Below, piece after piece: positions 19,840 through 29,879 of a DNA stretch of 64,000 nucleotides (positions are counted from its first letter, which is position 1; every line of letters begins with the position of its first letter). The notes under the pieces are model-generated. The model had not been told where the DNA came from, searched no databases, and worked only from the letters and a program-made list of their open reading frames with translations. The DNA is from Gemmatimonadota bacterium (GTDB taxonomy: Bacteria > Gemmatimonadota > Gemmatimonadetes > Gemmatimonadales > GWC2-71-9). The stretch covers positions 29,036-93,035 of the forward strand of contig JBDHKN010000004.1 in the NCBI GenBank assembly GCA_039586365.1, read 5' to 3'. A program made the translations under genes and the position numbers.

Positions 19840-20193
19840 TCAATCTAGTCCCGAACCGGGACTCCCGGCCAGGCCGAGTGCGCGAGTTACCGGAATCGTG
19901 AAGAGAATGCCTGAGCCCGCTCGCTCCAAATCACCCAACACGTTCCGGATCATCTCAATTGCCCGCTCCAGCGTGGCATCCGACTCGATCACTGAAAAGA
20001 TCAGCTTGTTTTCAGGCCGGGACCGAGATATCAGATCCTGGAGACCGGCGAGAACTGGGGTGTCGGCTGGCAAATGCTCGGCCATGCCACGAGTACCCAC
20101 TATTGTGGCGCCCGCTACTCCCAACTCCGCGAGCCCAGACAGGACGGGCTCGAGTTTGTCTTCCTGGTTGATCACGCAGACTAACAGTTGCAT
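19840..20193 (-). CDS. P-II-like (GlnB-fold) protein
   Basis: GVAGATIVGTRGM and GSGILFTIPV motifs. Confidence 0.75.
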   Translation of the reverse strand: MQLLVCVINQEDKLEPVLSGLAELGVAGATIVGTRGMAEHLPADTPVLAGLQDLISRSRPENKLIFSVIESDATLERAIEMIRNVLGDLERAGSGILFTIPVTRALGLAGSPGSGLD

Positions 20194-20338
20194 GCGATAG
20201 CGCGCTTGTTACGTGGGGAAGAGTGCGTGAAGGAGCGACCGGGAGCCGCATTCACTCCCGCAAGATCTCCGAGGCCGAAGAGTGTGTCAAGCAAGCAACT
20301 TGCGAAGTGGCGAGGTGTGCCATATGGTTTGCCGCACT

Positions 20339-21634
20339 ATGAGGCAACTGTTCAGAGTGACTGGCGGAGCGCCTTTGAGGGGCACCGTCAAGCCTTCGGG
20401 CAACAAGAACGCCGCACTTCCAATCCTCGCGGCTACGCTTCTGGGAGATGGTCCCAGCGAGGTAGTGAACGTACCGCGCATTCGCGACGTAGATATGTTG
20501 TTGGCCCTGCTAGGGGATCTGGGCGCTGAGTGGACCTGGACCGGTCCCAACACGGTCGTGATCGATCCGGTGGGTGTCAAACCCAAGCGGCTCGACCCAC
20601 AACTCTGTGCCAGCCTCCGCGCGTCAGTGCTGCTTGCAGGGCCCTTGCTGGCGCGGTTTGGGAGCGTCACGCTGCCGCCGCCGGGCGGCGACGTGATTGG
20701 TCGGCGGCGTCTCGACACCCACTTCCTGGCCTTCGAGGCACTCGGGGCCGAAGTGACGGTGGGAGCGGATTTCCACGTTGAGACCAGAGGGTTGCGGGGG
20801 AGTGACATCTTCCTCGACGAACCCAGCGTGACGGCGACGGAGAACGCGCTTCTGACCGCCGTGGGTTCGCCTGGCAGTACGATACTGCGTAATGCCGCCT
20901 GCGAACCTCACGTGCAGGATCTCGCCCGGGCACTGGTCAACATGGGAGCTGAAGTCAACGGTATTGGCACAAGCACCCTTACAGTGGATGGTGTCTCACA
21001 ACTACACGGTGCCCGCTTGGTGGTGGGGCCAGATCACGTGGAGGTAGGGAGCTTCATCGGACTCGCGGCCGTGACCAATGGTGAGATCGTCATTGAGGGT
21101 GTGAGATCAGAGGATCTGAGATCGATTCTGCTCACCTTCGAGCGGCTGGGAGTGCGCCCCCGGGTCGCCGGGGAGGCTCTGGTAGTTGAGGCAGCCCAGG
21201 AGCGCAGGATCCGGCCCGACTCGGGCGAGCATGTTCCGAAGATAGAAGACGGGCCCTGGCCCGCGTTTCCGGCCGATTTGACTTCCATAGCAGTGGTGGT
21301 GGCGACGCAATGCGAGGGGATGATTCTGATCTTTGAGAAGATGTTCGAGTCGCGACTGTTCTTCGTGGACAAATTGGTTGGACTGGGGGCTCGCTTGGTC
21401 TTGTGCGATCCTCATAGGGTAGTAGTCTCGGGTCCGTCGCGGCTACAGGGAGGTATTGTGGAGAGTCCCGATATCAGGGCCGGTATGGCCATGCTACTGG
21501 CGGCATTGGCGGCTGAGGGAGAGAGCCTGATCTACAATGTGTCTCAAATCGACCGTGGCTATGAGAGAATCGACCAACGTCTGAAGGCGCTGGGTGCTGA
21601 GATCGAACGGGAGGGTGAGGCAGAGAAGGGGTGA
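20339..21634 (+). CDS. murA: UDP-N-acetylglucosamine 1-carboxyvinyltransferase
   Basis: SGNKNAALP, LRASVL, PGGDVIGRR, SVTATEN, PWPAFPAD, DIRAG, IDRGYE. Confidence 0.97.
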   Translation: MRQLFRVTGGAPLRGTVKPSGNKNAALPILAATLLGDGPSEVVNVPRIRDVDMLLALLGDLGAEWTWTGPNTVVIDPVGVKPKRLDPQLCASLRASVLLAGPLLARFGSVTLPPPGGDVIGRRRLDTHFLAFEALGAEVTVGADFHVETRGLRGSDIFLDEPSVTATENALLTAVGSPGSTILRNAACEPHVQDLARALVNMGAEVNGIGTSTLTVDGVSQLHGARLVVGPDHVEVGSFIGLAAVTNGEIVIEGVRSEDLRSILLTFERLGVRPRVAGEALVVEAAQERRIRPDSGEHVPKIEDGPWPAFPADLTSIAVVVATQCEGMILIFEKMFESRLFFVDKLVGLGARLVLCDPHRVVVSGPSRLQGGIVESPDIRAGMAMLLAALAAEGESLIYNVSQIDRGYERIDQRLKALGAEIEREGEAEKG

Positions 21635-22398
21635 ACCGGGAAGCTGGAACGCTGCTGCGCGAGCGCCCGATCTCTCGGGTCGGTGTGCCACGGTACGAAT
21701 TGGTTGAATGGGCTGAGTCCTACGGGATAGTGGCGGGGATCACGGGTCGTGACCAGGACTGCGATTTCGGATTCAGCGGCGGCGCTGCAGCCGATATCGT
21801 CATCGCTCGCTGGCGCCGGTTAGGCAACGAGCTGGCAGCCGGATTCTGCGGGATAGTCGTGAGCCGTCAGGTGCACGGTTCCGCTGTTGGCGTTCACGAA
21901 GGGCGAGTCGAGGGACTGCTGCTGAAAGACGGTCTGGACGGCCACGTCTCGGCAATCTCGGGTGTCCTGCTGGCGGTGACCGTGGCCGATTGCGTGCCCG
22001 TGTACCTGGCGCATTCGGCGAGTGGTGCTGTGGGATTAGTGCACGCTGGGTGGAAGGGTGTGGCCGCCGGCATCATGGAGCACGGAATCGAACGTCTTTG
22101 CGAGGTTGCTGATGCAGTTCCACATGACATTGCAATACATTGTGGTGTAAGTGTTTGCGGTAGTTGTTATCAAGTAGGAACTGAAGTGTATGAGCGGGTG
22201 ACTGGTGTTTCCGTGGCCGGGCCGACCGGGCTCGACTTGCGGGCGAACTTGGTAGACCGAGCGGTGGCCTTGGGGGTGGGGAGAGCCACATCCAGTGGTT
22301 GGTGCACGGCGCACGATGGGGATCGATTTTACTCGCACCGTGCTTCCGAAGGTGCCGCCGGCAGAATGGTCGCATATATAGGCCGGCCAAATACTTGA
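21631..22398 (+). CDS. pgeF: PgeF/YfiH (laccase-domain, purine nucleoside phosphorylase-like) protein
   Basis: QVHG, VADCVP, HAGWKG, CT..FYSHR...GRM. Confidence 0.88.
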   Translation: MNREAGTLLRERPISRVGVPRYELVEWAESYGIVAGITGRDQDCDFGFSGGAAADIVIARWRRLGNELAAGFCGIVVSRQVHGSAVGVHEGRVEGLLLKDGLDGHVSAISGVLLAVTVADCVPVYLAHSASGAVGLVHAGWKGVAAGIMEHGIERLCEVADAVPHDIAIHCGVSVCGSCYQVGTEVYERVTGVSVAGPTGLDLRANLVDRAVALGVGRATSSGWCTAHDGDRFYSHRASEGAAGRMVAYIGRPNT

Positions 22399-22465
22399 CC
22401 CCCTTCGACCGGGGTCGGTATATTCGTTGTGCGAAGCGGTGCGGGCGTAGTAGGCCCGCTTTTTT
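22395..22465 (+). promoter_or_regulatory. rimP operon promoter and leader terminator hairpin
   Basis: TTGACC-18-TATATT, then GCGGGC-GTAGTAG-GCCCGC-TTTTTT, 16 nt before rimP ATG. Confidence 0.65.
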
Positions 22466-22481
22466 GTTGCGGCGAATCAAA

Positions 22482-22997
22482 ATGGAAAGAAACGACGCCG
22501 ATTTGTTGGCTGAGGTTCGTACCAGAGTCGCGGCACTGGGGTTCGAGCTGGTCGACCTGAGGCAGCGGGGGGCTGGACAGAGGCAGTCGCTTCAGATCCG
22601 GATCGACCGCCCGGATTCGGGGCCGGGGCATGGAGTCACGGCTGACGACTGTGCCGTGGTGAGCCGGGCCTTGGAACGGTGGCTGGACGATTCGGGCGTG
22701 CTGGGTGGCCGGTATGTGCTGGAGGTATCATCGCCAGGCATCGAACGGCCGCTTCGCTGGATCGAGCATTGGCGGCGGTTCACCGGGCGCGATGTGAGGG
22801 TTCGCCTGCCCGGTAGCGGTCGGATCGAAGCTACCATCGTTAGAGTGGAACAGGAAGATCGGATCGTTCTCCGCCTGCGGGGAGCTGCTGAAGAGATAAC
22901 CGTCCCGGTGGACGAGGCCCGTGACGCAACCCTGTTGGTGGATTGGTCTAAGGTGGATCGATCTTTCACCGGGACAACGAGCGAGGAGAGTGCATGA
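22482..22997 (+). CDS. rimP: Ribosome maturation factor RimP
   Basis: GVTADDCAVVSR, YVLEVSSPGIERPL; precedes nusA. Confidence 0.95.
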   Translation: MERNDADLLAEVRTRVAALGFELVDLRQRGAGQRQSLQIRIDRPDSGPGHGVTADDCAVVSRALERWLDDSGVLGGRYVLEVSSPGIERPLRWIEHWRRFTGRDVRVRLPGSGRIEATIVRVEQEDRIVLRLRGAAEEITVPVDEARDATLLVDWSKVDRSFTGTTSEESA

Positions 22998-24376
22998 CGA
23001 GTTCCGCCCAGCTATTGGCGGCGCTCCAAGAGCTGGCAAACGTGAAGCAGCTCGATCGCAACGAGCTGCTGGATCTGTTGCGTGATGGTATTCACGCTGC
23101 GCTGGCCAAGCGCTATGGCGTGACTGTGCGCGACGAAATCGCGATTGACGATCTCAAGGGGACCATAACTGTAACCGTCCTCAGGAACGTTGTTGAGGAG
23201 GTCGAAGACCCAACGTCCCAGGTGTCGTTGGAGGATGCCCGGTACGAGGACGCCAGCTTCGAAGTGGGTGACGTGCTGGAAGAGGAGGTCCCGTTCGAGG
23301 AGTTCGGACGCCTTGCGGTCCAAGCCGCGAAGCAGCGCATTATCCAGCGTGTGCGCGAAGGCGAACGGTCGCGCATCCGGGATGAGTTCGGGGACAGGGT
23401 CGGTGAGCTGGTTTCGGGGGAGATCCAACAGATCGAGCGCGGTCGCCTTGTGATCATGGTCAACAGGTTCCGGGAAGCAGAGGCGATCATCCCATATCGG
23501 GAGCAGAACCCGCGCGAACGGTTTCACCAGGGCGACACGCTGAGGGCGGTGCTCAAGCGGCTCGAAGAGACACCAAAGGGACCACGACTCATTCTGTCGC
23601 GGGCGGACCCGGGATTCGTCAAGGCCCTCTTCAAACTCGAAGTTCCGGAGATCCAGCAGGGGATCGTCGACATAAGGGAAGCGGCCCGCGAGGTTGGGGG
23701 CCGTACCAAGATTGCCGTTGTGAGTAGGGATGATGGCATCGACCCCGTCGGAGCGTGCGTTGGTCTCAAAGGCAGCCGGGTGCAAGCTGTGGTGAACGAG
23801 CTGGGTGGTGAGCGGATCGACATAGTCCCTTGGTCGCCCGATCCCGAACGGTTCGCTAAACTGGCGTTGGCTCCGGCCCGGGTCTCTCGTGTATTCGCCG
23901 CTCCCGACTCCCAGACGATTCAGGCAATCGTGGACGAAGACCAGCTCTCACTTGCGATTGGGCGCAATGGGCAAAACGTGCGGTTGGCCTCCGAGCTGAC
24001 AGGTTGGAAGATCGATCTCTACTCTAGCCGCGAGTGGTTGGAACGTGGTGGTGAAGGGCCATTGTTCGCGCCGCTCCCACCGGAGGACGAGCTAGTCGTA
24101 GAGGTGAATCTCAGCGAACTGAAGGGGTTGCCGACCGAAGTGGTCGCGACGCTTGAGGGAGCGGGCTTCGAGACGCTGCGGGACATCCTCGATTTGGAGC
24201 GTGACGACACCCTCAAGATCGAGGGCATGACGCCTGAACGTGCGGACGTGCTGCTGGCGTTCTTGGCGGAGTTGACAGAGGAGAATTCCGAAGCGGCGGC
24301 GGAGTCGGAGGACTCTCCTGTGGCGGCGGGAGACTCCAGTGAGCAAACCTCTGCGGAGGCGCCACCAGCAGCCTAG
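22994..24376 (+). CDS. nusA: Transcription termination/antitermination factor NusA
   Basis: S1/KH motifs FGRLAVQAAKQ, DPVGACVG..GSRV, SLAIGRNGQNVRLA. Confidence 0.98.
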   Translation: MTSSAQLLAALQELANVKQLDRNELLDLLRDGIHAALAKRYGVTVRDEIAIDDLKGTITVTVLRNVVEEVEDPTSQVSLEDARYEDASFEVGDVLEEEVPFEEFGRLAVQAAKQRIIQRVREGERSRIRDEFGDRVGELVSGEIQQIERGRLVIMVNRFREAEAIIPYREQNPRERFHQGDTLRAVLKRLEETPKGPRLILSRADPGFVKALFKLEVPEIQQGIVDIREAAREVGGRTKIAVVSRDDGIDPVGACVGLKGSRVQAVVNELGGERIDIVPWSPDPERFAKLALAPARVSRVFAAPDSQTIQAIVDEDQLSLAIGRNGQNVRLASELTGWKIDLYSSREWLERGGEGPLFAPLPPEDELVVEVNLSELKGLPTEVVATLEGAGFETLRDILDLERDDTLKIEGMTPERADVLLAFLAELTEENSEAAAESEDSPVAAGDSSEQTSAEAPPAA

Positions 24377-24675
24377 TGGCCGGGAGCCTCATTTCCCTGC
24401 TGGGACTGGGGATCAGAGCTGGGAGCGTAGTCGCTGGCACCGCGGGAGTTCGCGCCGCCATCAGAAGGGGTGATGTGGCGTTGGTGGTTGTAGCAGAGGA
24501 TCACAGTCGCAGGACGGCCGACAAGGTAATTCGGCTGGCAACTGCAAGCGGGGTCGAGGTTGTCGTGGGTCCCTGCGCTTCGGATCTCGGCCGCATCCTC
24601 AACCGCGATGCTGTTGAGGTTGTGGGTGTGAGGGATCCGAACCTGGTGGCGGGAATCAAGGCTGTGGCGCCTTGA
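24376..24675 (+). CDS. L7Ae/L30e family RNA-binding protein (YlxQ-like)
   Basis: LLGLGIRAGSVVAG; position between nusA and infB. Confidence 0.85.
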   Translation: MAGSLISLLGLGIRAGSVVAGTAGVRAAIRRGDVALVVVAEDHSRRTADKVIRLATASGVEVVVGPCASDLGRILNRDAVEVVGVRDPNLVAGIKAVAP

Positions 24676-24695
24676 ACGGGCGTTAGGAGGAATAA

Positions 24696-27419
24696 GTGGG
24701 CAAAACGCGGATCCATGATCTCGCGGCAGAATTCGGAGTCGAAAGTGGACAGCTGATCGATATGCTGGCCGACATGGGCATTCATGTTCGCAGCCATCTG
24801 TCGGCTCTTGATCCAGCCCAGGTTGCACTCGTGCGGGCCCGCTGGGAGCGAGAGAAGCGTCGCAAGGCCGGAACGGAAGTCAAGCGGACCACCAGACGGC
24901 GGGCGCGCAAGAAGGAGGGGGAGGAACCGGCTGCGCCCCAGCCGGAGAAACGCCGGCCGGTCCGTCGCAGAAGAACTGCTGCTGAGGTAGCCGCTCGGGC
25001 GGTTGCTGAAGGGGATGCCGTAACAATAGCCCCAGAGGCGATCTTCGAGGCTGAGGCTCCGCCGGTCGAGGCGGCGGTCGTAGCGGAACCTGGCGCGCCG
25101 GTCGAACAGGGTACTGAGTGTGACGCGGTCGTTCTCGAGGAGGCTGCGGTCAGCACAACCGAAGACAGTGCAGCAGCTGGGGTCCAGGCGCCGCCGCCCC
25201 CGGAGGAGACAGGTGTGGCAGTGGAGGCGGAACCCCCATCCGGACCGCGAGAAGAAGACGTGGCCGGGCCCGCCGAGGAACCTGATGCAGTTGTTGTGCT
25301 CGAAGCAGACCAAACTGAGCCGGTGATCCCGTTGCGGGTTCCACGGCCTCCCGCCCCGCCAGCGCGGGCGCGTCCGGCGGCATCTGCAACACCGCGTCCA
25401 GTAGCGTCCGCTGCGCCGGGCGAGGCCACCGAAGAAAGGCGGCGGGACAGGAAACGCCGCAAGAGAGGCAAGCGGAGTCAGGTCGACAGGGAGGCCGTGC
25501 AGGCCAACATCTCCCGGACTCTAGCGTCGATCAAAGGCCCTGCAAAACGGGCACCGCGGCGCCGGGACGACGCTGCAAGCGCTCGTGACCTCGAAGCGAT
25601 GAGGCGGGCGGAGGAGCGAGAACGCGAGAAGACCACCATCCGCGTCAATGAGTTCATCACGGTCTCAGAGCTGGCCAGCAGCCTGGGTGTGCCCCCCACT
25701 CAGATCGTGACGTTCTGCTTCAAAGAGCTGAGCATGATGGTGACCGTGAACCAGCGGCTCGATTTCGATCAGATCGATCTCATCGCGGGCGAGTTCGGTT
25801 TCAATGCCATACGTGAGGAAGAGTACGTCCCAACTGACATTCTGGATTCCGCTGAAGAAGAGAGTGAGGAGAAGCTCGAACCGCGGTCGCCGGTAGTGAC
25901 GGTAATGGGGCACGTCGATCACGGGAAGACTTCGCTGCTCGACTACCTACGGAAGACCAACGTCATCGCTGGCGAAGCGGGTGGTATCACGCAACACATC
26001 GGCGCGTATCACCTACTCCTGCCGAACGAAAGAGCGATCACCTTCCTCGATACACCGGGTCACGAAGCGTTCACTGCCATGCGAGCCCGCGGTGCGCAGG
26101 TAACTGATATCGTAGTCCTGGTCGTTGCGGCCGATGACCAGGTGATGCCCCAGACTGTCGAGGCGATAAGCCACGCCAAGAACGCCGGGGTGCCGCTTGT
26201 CGTTGCAATCAACAAGATCGATCTACCGAGCGCCAACGTTGAGAAAGTGAAGCAAGGCCTGTTGAAGCACGAGGTGGTCTTGGAGGATTTTGGTGGTGAC
26301 ACGGTGTGGGCCGCGATTTCGGCAAAGGCCGGCACAGGGATTGACGACCTACTCGACAAGGTCCTGTTCCAAGCCGACCTCCTCGAACTATCGGCGAATC
26401 CTGACCGGCTGGCGATCGGGACAGTCATTGAGAGTTCTCTCGATCCCGGCAAGGGGCCTGTGGCGACGGTCTTGGTCAAGTCGGGGACGCTTGGGGTCGG
26501 AGACAACTTCATCTGCGGGCACATGTCCGGCCGGGTGCGCGCGATGCTGGACGAACGAGGCAAGAGGGTGGACAGTGCTGGACCATCGATACCGGTGCAG
26601 GTGCTCGGGTTCGATGGAGTGCCTCAAGCGGGCGACACCTTCAACGTGATGTCCGAGGCCGTAGTGGCTCGCGAGATAGCGCAACGGCGCCAGCGCCTGG
26701 ACCGTGAGGCGGAGCACCGCCGGACGTCCCGAGCCGTCTCGCTTGAGGCTCTGTCCAAACAGATCGAAGCGGGTCATGTCCAGGCTCTAAAAATCATCAT
26801 AAAGGCCGACCAGGATGGCCCAGCTGAAGCCCTGGCGGATGCTTTCGAGCAACTGTCGACCGACGAAGTGCGGGTGGAGATCATCCAACGTGGGGTAGGT
26901 GCCATTACGGAGGGTGATGTACTGCTTGCGAGGGCCGCGGAGGCGATAATCATCGGTTTCCACGTCCGACCAGACGCAAATGCGCGGGCGGTGGCGGAAC
27001 GGGAGAAGATCGACGTGAGGACGTACCGCGTGATCTACGAGGCCGTAGCGGACATAAAGAGTGCTCTCGAGGGCATGTTGGCTCCTGAGCAGAGGGAAGT
27101 CATACTCGGTGAAGTAGAAGTACGCGAGACGTTCAAGATCTCCGGCCTCGGGACTATCGCGGGATGCCTCGTAAGGCACGGCATCGTCCAGCGGGGGGCG
27201 CGTGTGCGGGTGGTGAGGGATAGCGTGGAAGTGTATGACTCCACAGTATCCAGCCTCCGGCGGTTCAAAGAGGATGTCAGAGAAGTAAAGGAAGGCTTCG
27301 AATGCGGCATCGGCATAGAGAACTTCAACGACGTGAAGATCGGCGACATTCTCGAGCCGTATCAGATCGAAGAGGTTGCCCGCTCACTCGAGACGGCGGG
27401 GGCCCACAAGGACGAGTAG
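24696..27419 (+). CDS. infB: Translation initiation factor IF-2
   Basis: GHVDHGKT, GGITQHIGAY, DTPGHEAF, NKID, GFECGI. Confidence 0.99.
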   Translation: MGKTRIHDLAAEFGVESGQLIDMLADMGIHVRSHLSALDPAQVALVRARWEREKRRKAGTEVKRTTRRRARKKEGEEPAAPQPEKRRPVRRRRTAAEVAARAVAEGDAVTIAPEAIFEAEAPPVEAAVVAEPGAPVEQGTECDAVVLEEAAVSTTEDSAAAGVQAPPPPEETGVAVEAEPPSGPREEDVAGPAEEPDAVVVLEADQTEPVIPLRVPRPPAPPARARPAASATPRPVASAAPGEATEERRRDRKRRKRGKRSQVDREAVQANISRTLASIKGPAKRAPRRRDDAASARDLEAMRRAEEREREKTTIRVNEFITVSELASSLGVPPTQIVTFCFKELSMMVTVNQRLDFDQIDLIAGEFGFNAIREEEYVPTDILDSAEEESEEKLEPRSPVVTVMGHVDHGKTSLLDYLRKTNVIAGEAGGITQHIGAYHLLLPNERAITFLDTPGHEAFTAMRARGAQVTDIVVLVVAADDQVMPQTVEAISHAKNAGVPLVVAINKIDLPSANVEKVKQGLLKHEVVLEDFGGDTVWAAISAKAGTGIDDLLDKVLFQADLLELSANPDRLAIGTVIESSLDPGKGPVATVLVKSGTLGVGDNFICGHMSGRVRAMLDERGKRVDSAGPSIPVQVLGFDGVPQAGDTFNVMSEAVVAREIAQRRQRLDREAEHRRTSRAVSLEALSKQIEAGHVQALKIIIKADQDGPAEALADAFEQLSTDEVRVEIIQRGVGAITEGDVLLARAAEAIIIGFHVRPDANARAVAEREKIDVRTYRVIYEAVADIKSALEGMLAPEQREVILGEVEVRETFKISGLGTIAGCLVRHGIVQRGARVRVVRDSVEVYDSTVSSLRRFKEDVREVKEGFECGIGIENFNDVKIGDILEPYQIEEVARSLETAGAHKDE

Positions 27420-27701
27420 GTGGTCATCGGGGTCGTTACCTGGGAGCTGCACCTCAGCGGGTGTAGGTCGCTCAAAGACAAACGCCGCATCGTCAAGAGT
27501 CTCAAAGACCGCCTGCACCGGCAGTTCAACGTGTCGGTTGCGGAGACAGACCACCAGGATACCTGGCAGCGGTCAGAATTGGCTTGCTGCGTTGTGGCAA
27601 ATGACCGCCGTCATGCCGAATCCGTGCTCAGCTCGGCGGATCACCTCATAGAGTCGGAAGGATTAGCCCGCATAATCGACTCGACATCGAGTTTCCTGTG
27701 A
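27420..27701 (+). CDS. DUF503 family protein (YlxP-like)
   Basis: SLKDKRRIVKSLKDRL..FNVSVAE..HQDTWQR. Confidence 0.9.
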   Translation: MVIGVVTWELHLSGCRSLKDKRRIVKSLKDRLHRQFNVSVAETDHQDTWQRSELACCVVANDRRHAESVLSSADHLIESEGLARIIDSTSSFL

Positions 27702-28063
27702 GTCGATCCGGGGGACACCGGACTGAGCGCTTGGGGGCGCTGATCCAGGAGGCGATCGCTGACGCCATTGCCACCAAAGTAAAAGACCCACGGGTGGGTT
27801 TCGTCACCATCACTGGCGTGACGGTTTCTGGTGATCTGAAGCACGCGACGGTGAATGTGAGTGTCATGGGGACGGAAGCTGAGAAGCAGACCGCGATGGA
27901 CGGTTTGGAAGCAGCGCGGGGGTACCTGCGCAGCCTGCTGGCACGTCGCATCGAAACGCGGAGCGTACCCGAGCTGCACCTCGTACTGGACCGGGGATTG
28001 GAGCACGCCGCCCGGATAGAGTCGCTTATTCAGAGAATCAAGACCGACGAGTCCGACCGCTGA
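27698..28063 (+). CDS. rbfA: Ribosome-binding factor A
   Basis: KDPRVGFVTITGVTVSGDLKHA, VPELHL. Confidence 0.95.
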   Translation: MSRSGGHRTERLGALIQEAIADAIATKVKDPRVGFVTITGVTVSGDLKHATVNVSVMGTEAEKQTAMDGLEAARGYLRSLLARRIETRSVPELHLVLDRGLEHAARIESLIQRIKTDESDR

Positions 28064-28914
28064 AGGACGGATACCTTCCTGTAGATAAGCCGGCGGGGCC
28101 AACCGCCCACGACGTTGTTGCTGCCGTACGTCGTGTCCTCGAGCTCAGCAAGGCCGGGCACATCGGCACACTCGACCCGTTCGCCACTGGACTGCTCGTG
28201 GTGCTTGCAGGAAGAGCCACCCGGCTCGCGCAGTTCTTGGTTGGGTTCGAGAAGGAGTACTCGGGGACCATCCGGTTAGGTGAGACAACCACTACCGATG
28301 ATTCCACGGGAGAAACCACTGCCACGACGCAGCAGGCGGGCGAGATCAGTGATGCACGGATACGTGAGGCCATGGGGGCACTAACCGGCCGCTACGCACA
28401 GCAACCTCCGCTGTATTCGGCCAAGAAGGTGGGCGGCCAGAGAGCCTATCGGAGGGCTAGGAGGGGTGAGACGTTTGCGTTGGATTCTTGCGAAGTCGAG
28501 ATTCACCGTTTCCAGGCGCTCGCCCGAACCGGAACTGACATCAGGTTCGCCTGTCGTGTCAGTAGCGGTACCTACGTTCGTGCTTTGGCGCGTGACCTGG
28601 GCAGTAACCTCGGCTGCGGTGCTCATCTGGTGGAGCTCAGAAGGGAGTCTGTTGGGCCGTACCGCATCGAGGATGCCGTTCAGCTGCACAAAATCGGAGC
28701 CGGACTGACGTTGTCACCGATGGCTGGACTGGTCACACACCTGCCGTCGCTCCAGCTCGATGCTGAGCAACAGCAGAGGGTACTACACGGCCGATCCATA
28801 CCTTGGGATAGTGGCGACTCCGGCCCGGTGGCGTTGCTGGCCGGGGCGCGCCTGCTAGCTGTGGCGGAGCGCAGGGGTGAAGACCTGAGGCCGCGCGTGG
28901 TGCTGGCGGGATGA
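28060..28914 (+). CDS. truB: tRNA pseudouridine(55) synthase; start codon probably CTG
   Basis: In frame upstream of the track ORF: DGYLPVDKPAGPTAHDVV...KAGHIGTLDPFATGLL; also PPLYSAKK, SSGTYVRAL. Confidence 0.93.
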   Translation: MKDGYLPVDKPAGPTAHDVVAAVRRVLELSKAGHIGTLDPFATGLLVVLAGRATRLAQFLVGFEKEYSGTIRLGETTTTDDSTGETTATTQQAGEISDARIREAMGALTGRYAQQPPLYSAKKVGGQRAYRRARRGETFALDSCEVEIHRFQALARTGTDIRFACRVSSGTYVRALARDLGSNLGCGAHLVELRRESVGPYRIEDAVQLHKIGAGLTLSPMAGLVTHLPSLQLDAEQQQRVLHGRSIPWDSGDSGPVALLAGARLLAVAERRGEDLRPRVVLAG

Positions 28915-29849
28915 AGCAGCGGCTGTGGCCCATATCCAATCGAGTCGGCACGGTTGTGACGGTCGGCACCTTTGACGGCGTCCACCTGGGTCACCAGCAG
29001 GTGATCAAGGAAGTTGTGTCGCGGGCGCGGCGGAGTGGCCGTAAGAGCGTGCTGGTCACGTTTGAACCACACCCGCTCGAAGTCGTGAATCCACCGGCTG
29101 CCCCCCCGCTGCTCACTGCCAGCAGCGAGAGACGCGAGATTCTGGCTCAGAGTGAACTCGATGCTGCTGTGTTTCTCCGGTTCAATCGGGAGATGGCGCA
29201 ACTCTCCCCCGAAGACTTCGTGCGGTTCCTGATAGAGCGGTTTGGGATGAAGGAACTGGTGGTAGGGCACGACCACGGGTTTGGTCAAGGGCGCAAGGGA
29301 GACGTGAGTTTGCTGCGAGATCTGGGCGCCCCAATGGGGTTCTCGGTAGACGTCGTACCCGAAGTGGACCTGGAGTCTCGGGCTGTATCGTCGACCCTGA
29401 TCCGGAGGTCGGTGGCCGGAGGCGATCTGGAAACGGCCCGCAAACTGTTGGGTCGAAAGTATTCTATGGTCGCGTCGGTGGTTCCGGGCATGGGTAGAGG
29501 GAGGGAGTTGGGATACCGTACAGTCAATCTGGAGCCCGAAGGCTCCCGCAAACTGCTACCACCGGACGGAGTATACGCAGTGTGGGTGGAGTGGCTCGGT
29601 GGGTCTGCGGGAGGCATGATGCACCAGGGGCCCCGTCCCACATTCAACGAGTGGAGCAGGTCATTGGAGATACACATATTGGACTCGGCCGTCGAACTTT
29701 ACGGGCACAATCTGAAGGTGTCCTGGGTGGACCGGCTCCGGGATGTGAGCAACTTCTCCTCGTCAGACGAACTGAGGGAGCAGCTCGGCAAAGACCTCCA
29801 GGCGGCGCGAGTCGCGCTGACGGGTACCGCGGGGCTCAGCAACCATTAA
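28911..29849 (+). CDS. ribF: Bifunctional riboflavin kinase / FAD synthetase
   Basis: GTFDGVHLGH, TFEPHP, VSSTLIR, GRGRELGY, DGVYA. Confidence 0.95.
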   Translation: MKQRLWPISNRVGTVVTVGTFDGVHLGHQQVIKEVVSRARRSGRKSVLVTFEPHPLEVVNPPAAPPLLTASSERREILAQSELDAAVFLRFNREMAQLSPEDFVRFLIERFGMKELVVGHDHGFGQGRKGDVSLLRDLGAPMGFSVDVVPEVDLESRAVSSTLIRRSVAGGDLETARKLLGRKYSMVASVVPGMGRGRELGYRTVNLEPEGSRKLLPPDGVYAVWVEWLGGSAGGMMHQGPRPTFNEWSRSLEIHILDSAVELYGHNLKVSWVDRLRDVSNFSSSDELREQLGKDLQAARVALTGTAGLSNH

Positions 29850-29879
29850 GTTTTTGCAGGCCTACAACTTGGATATGAC

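Noticed and set aside
29490..29650. RibF kinase domain inactivated (GYRTVN in place of GFPTAN)
   Set aside because: The rest of the kinase domain, including GVYA, RPTF and the E-x-H motif, is intact; the change may be ordinary divergence.
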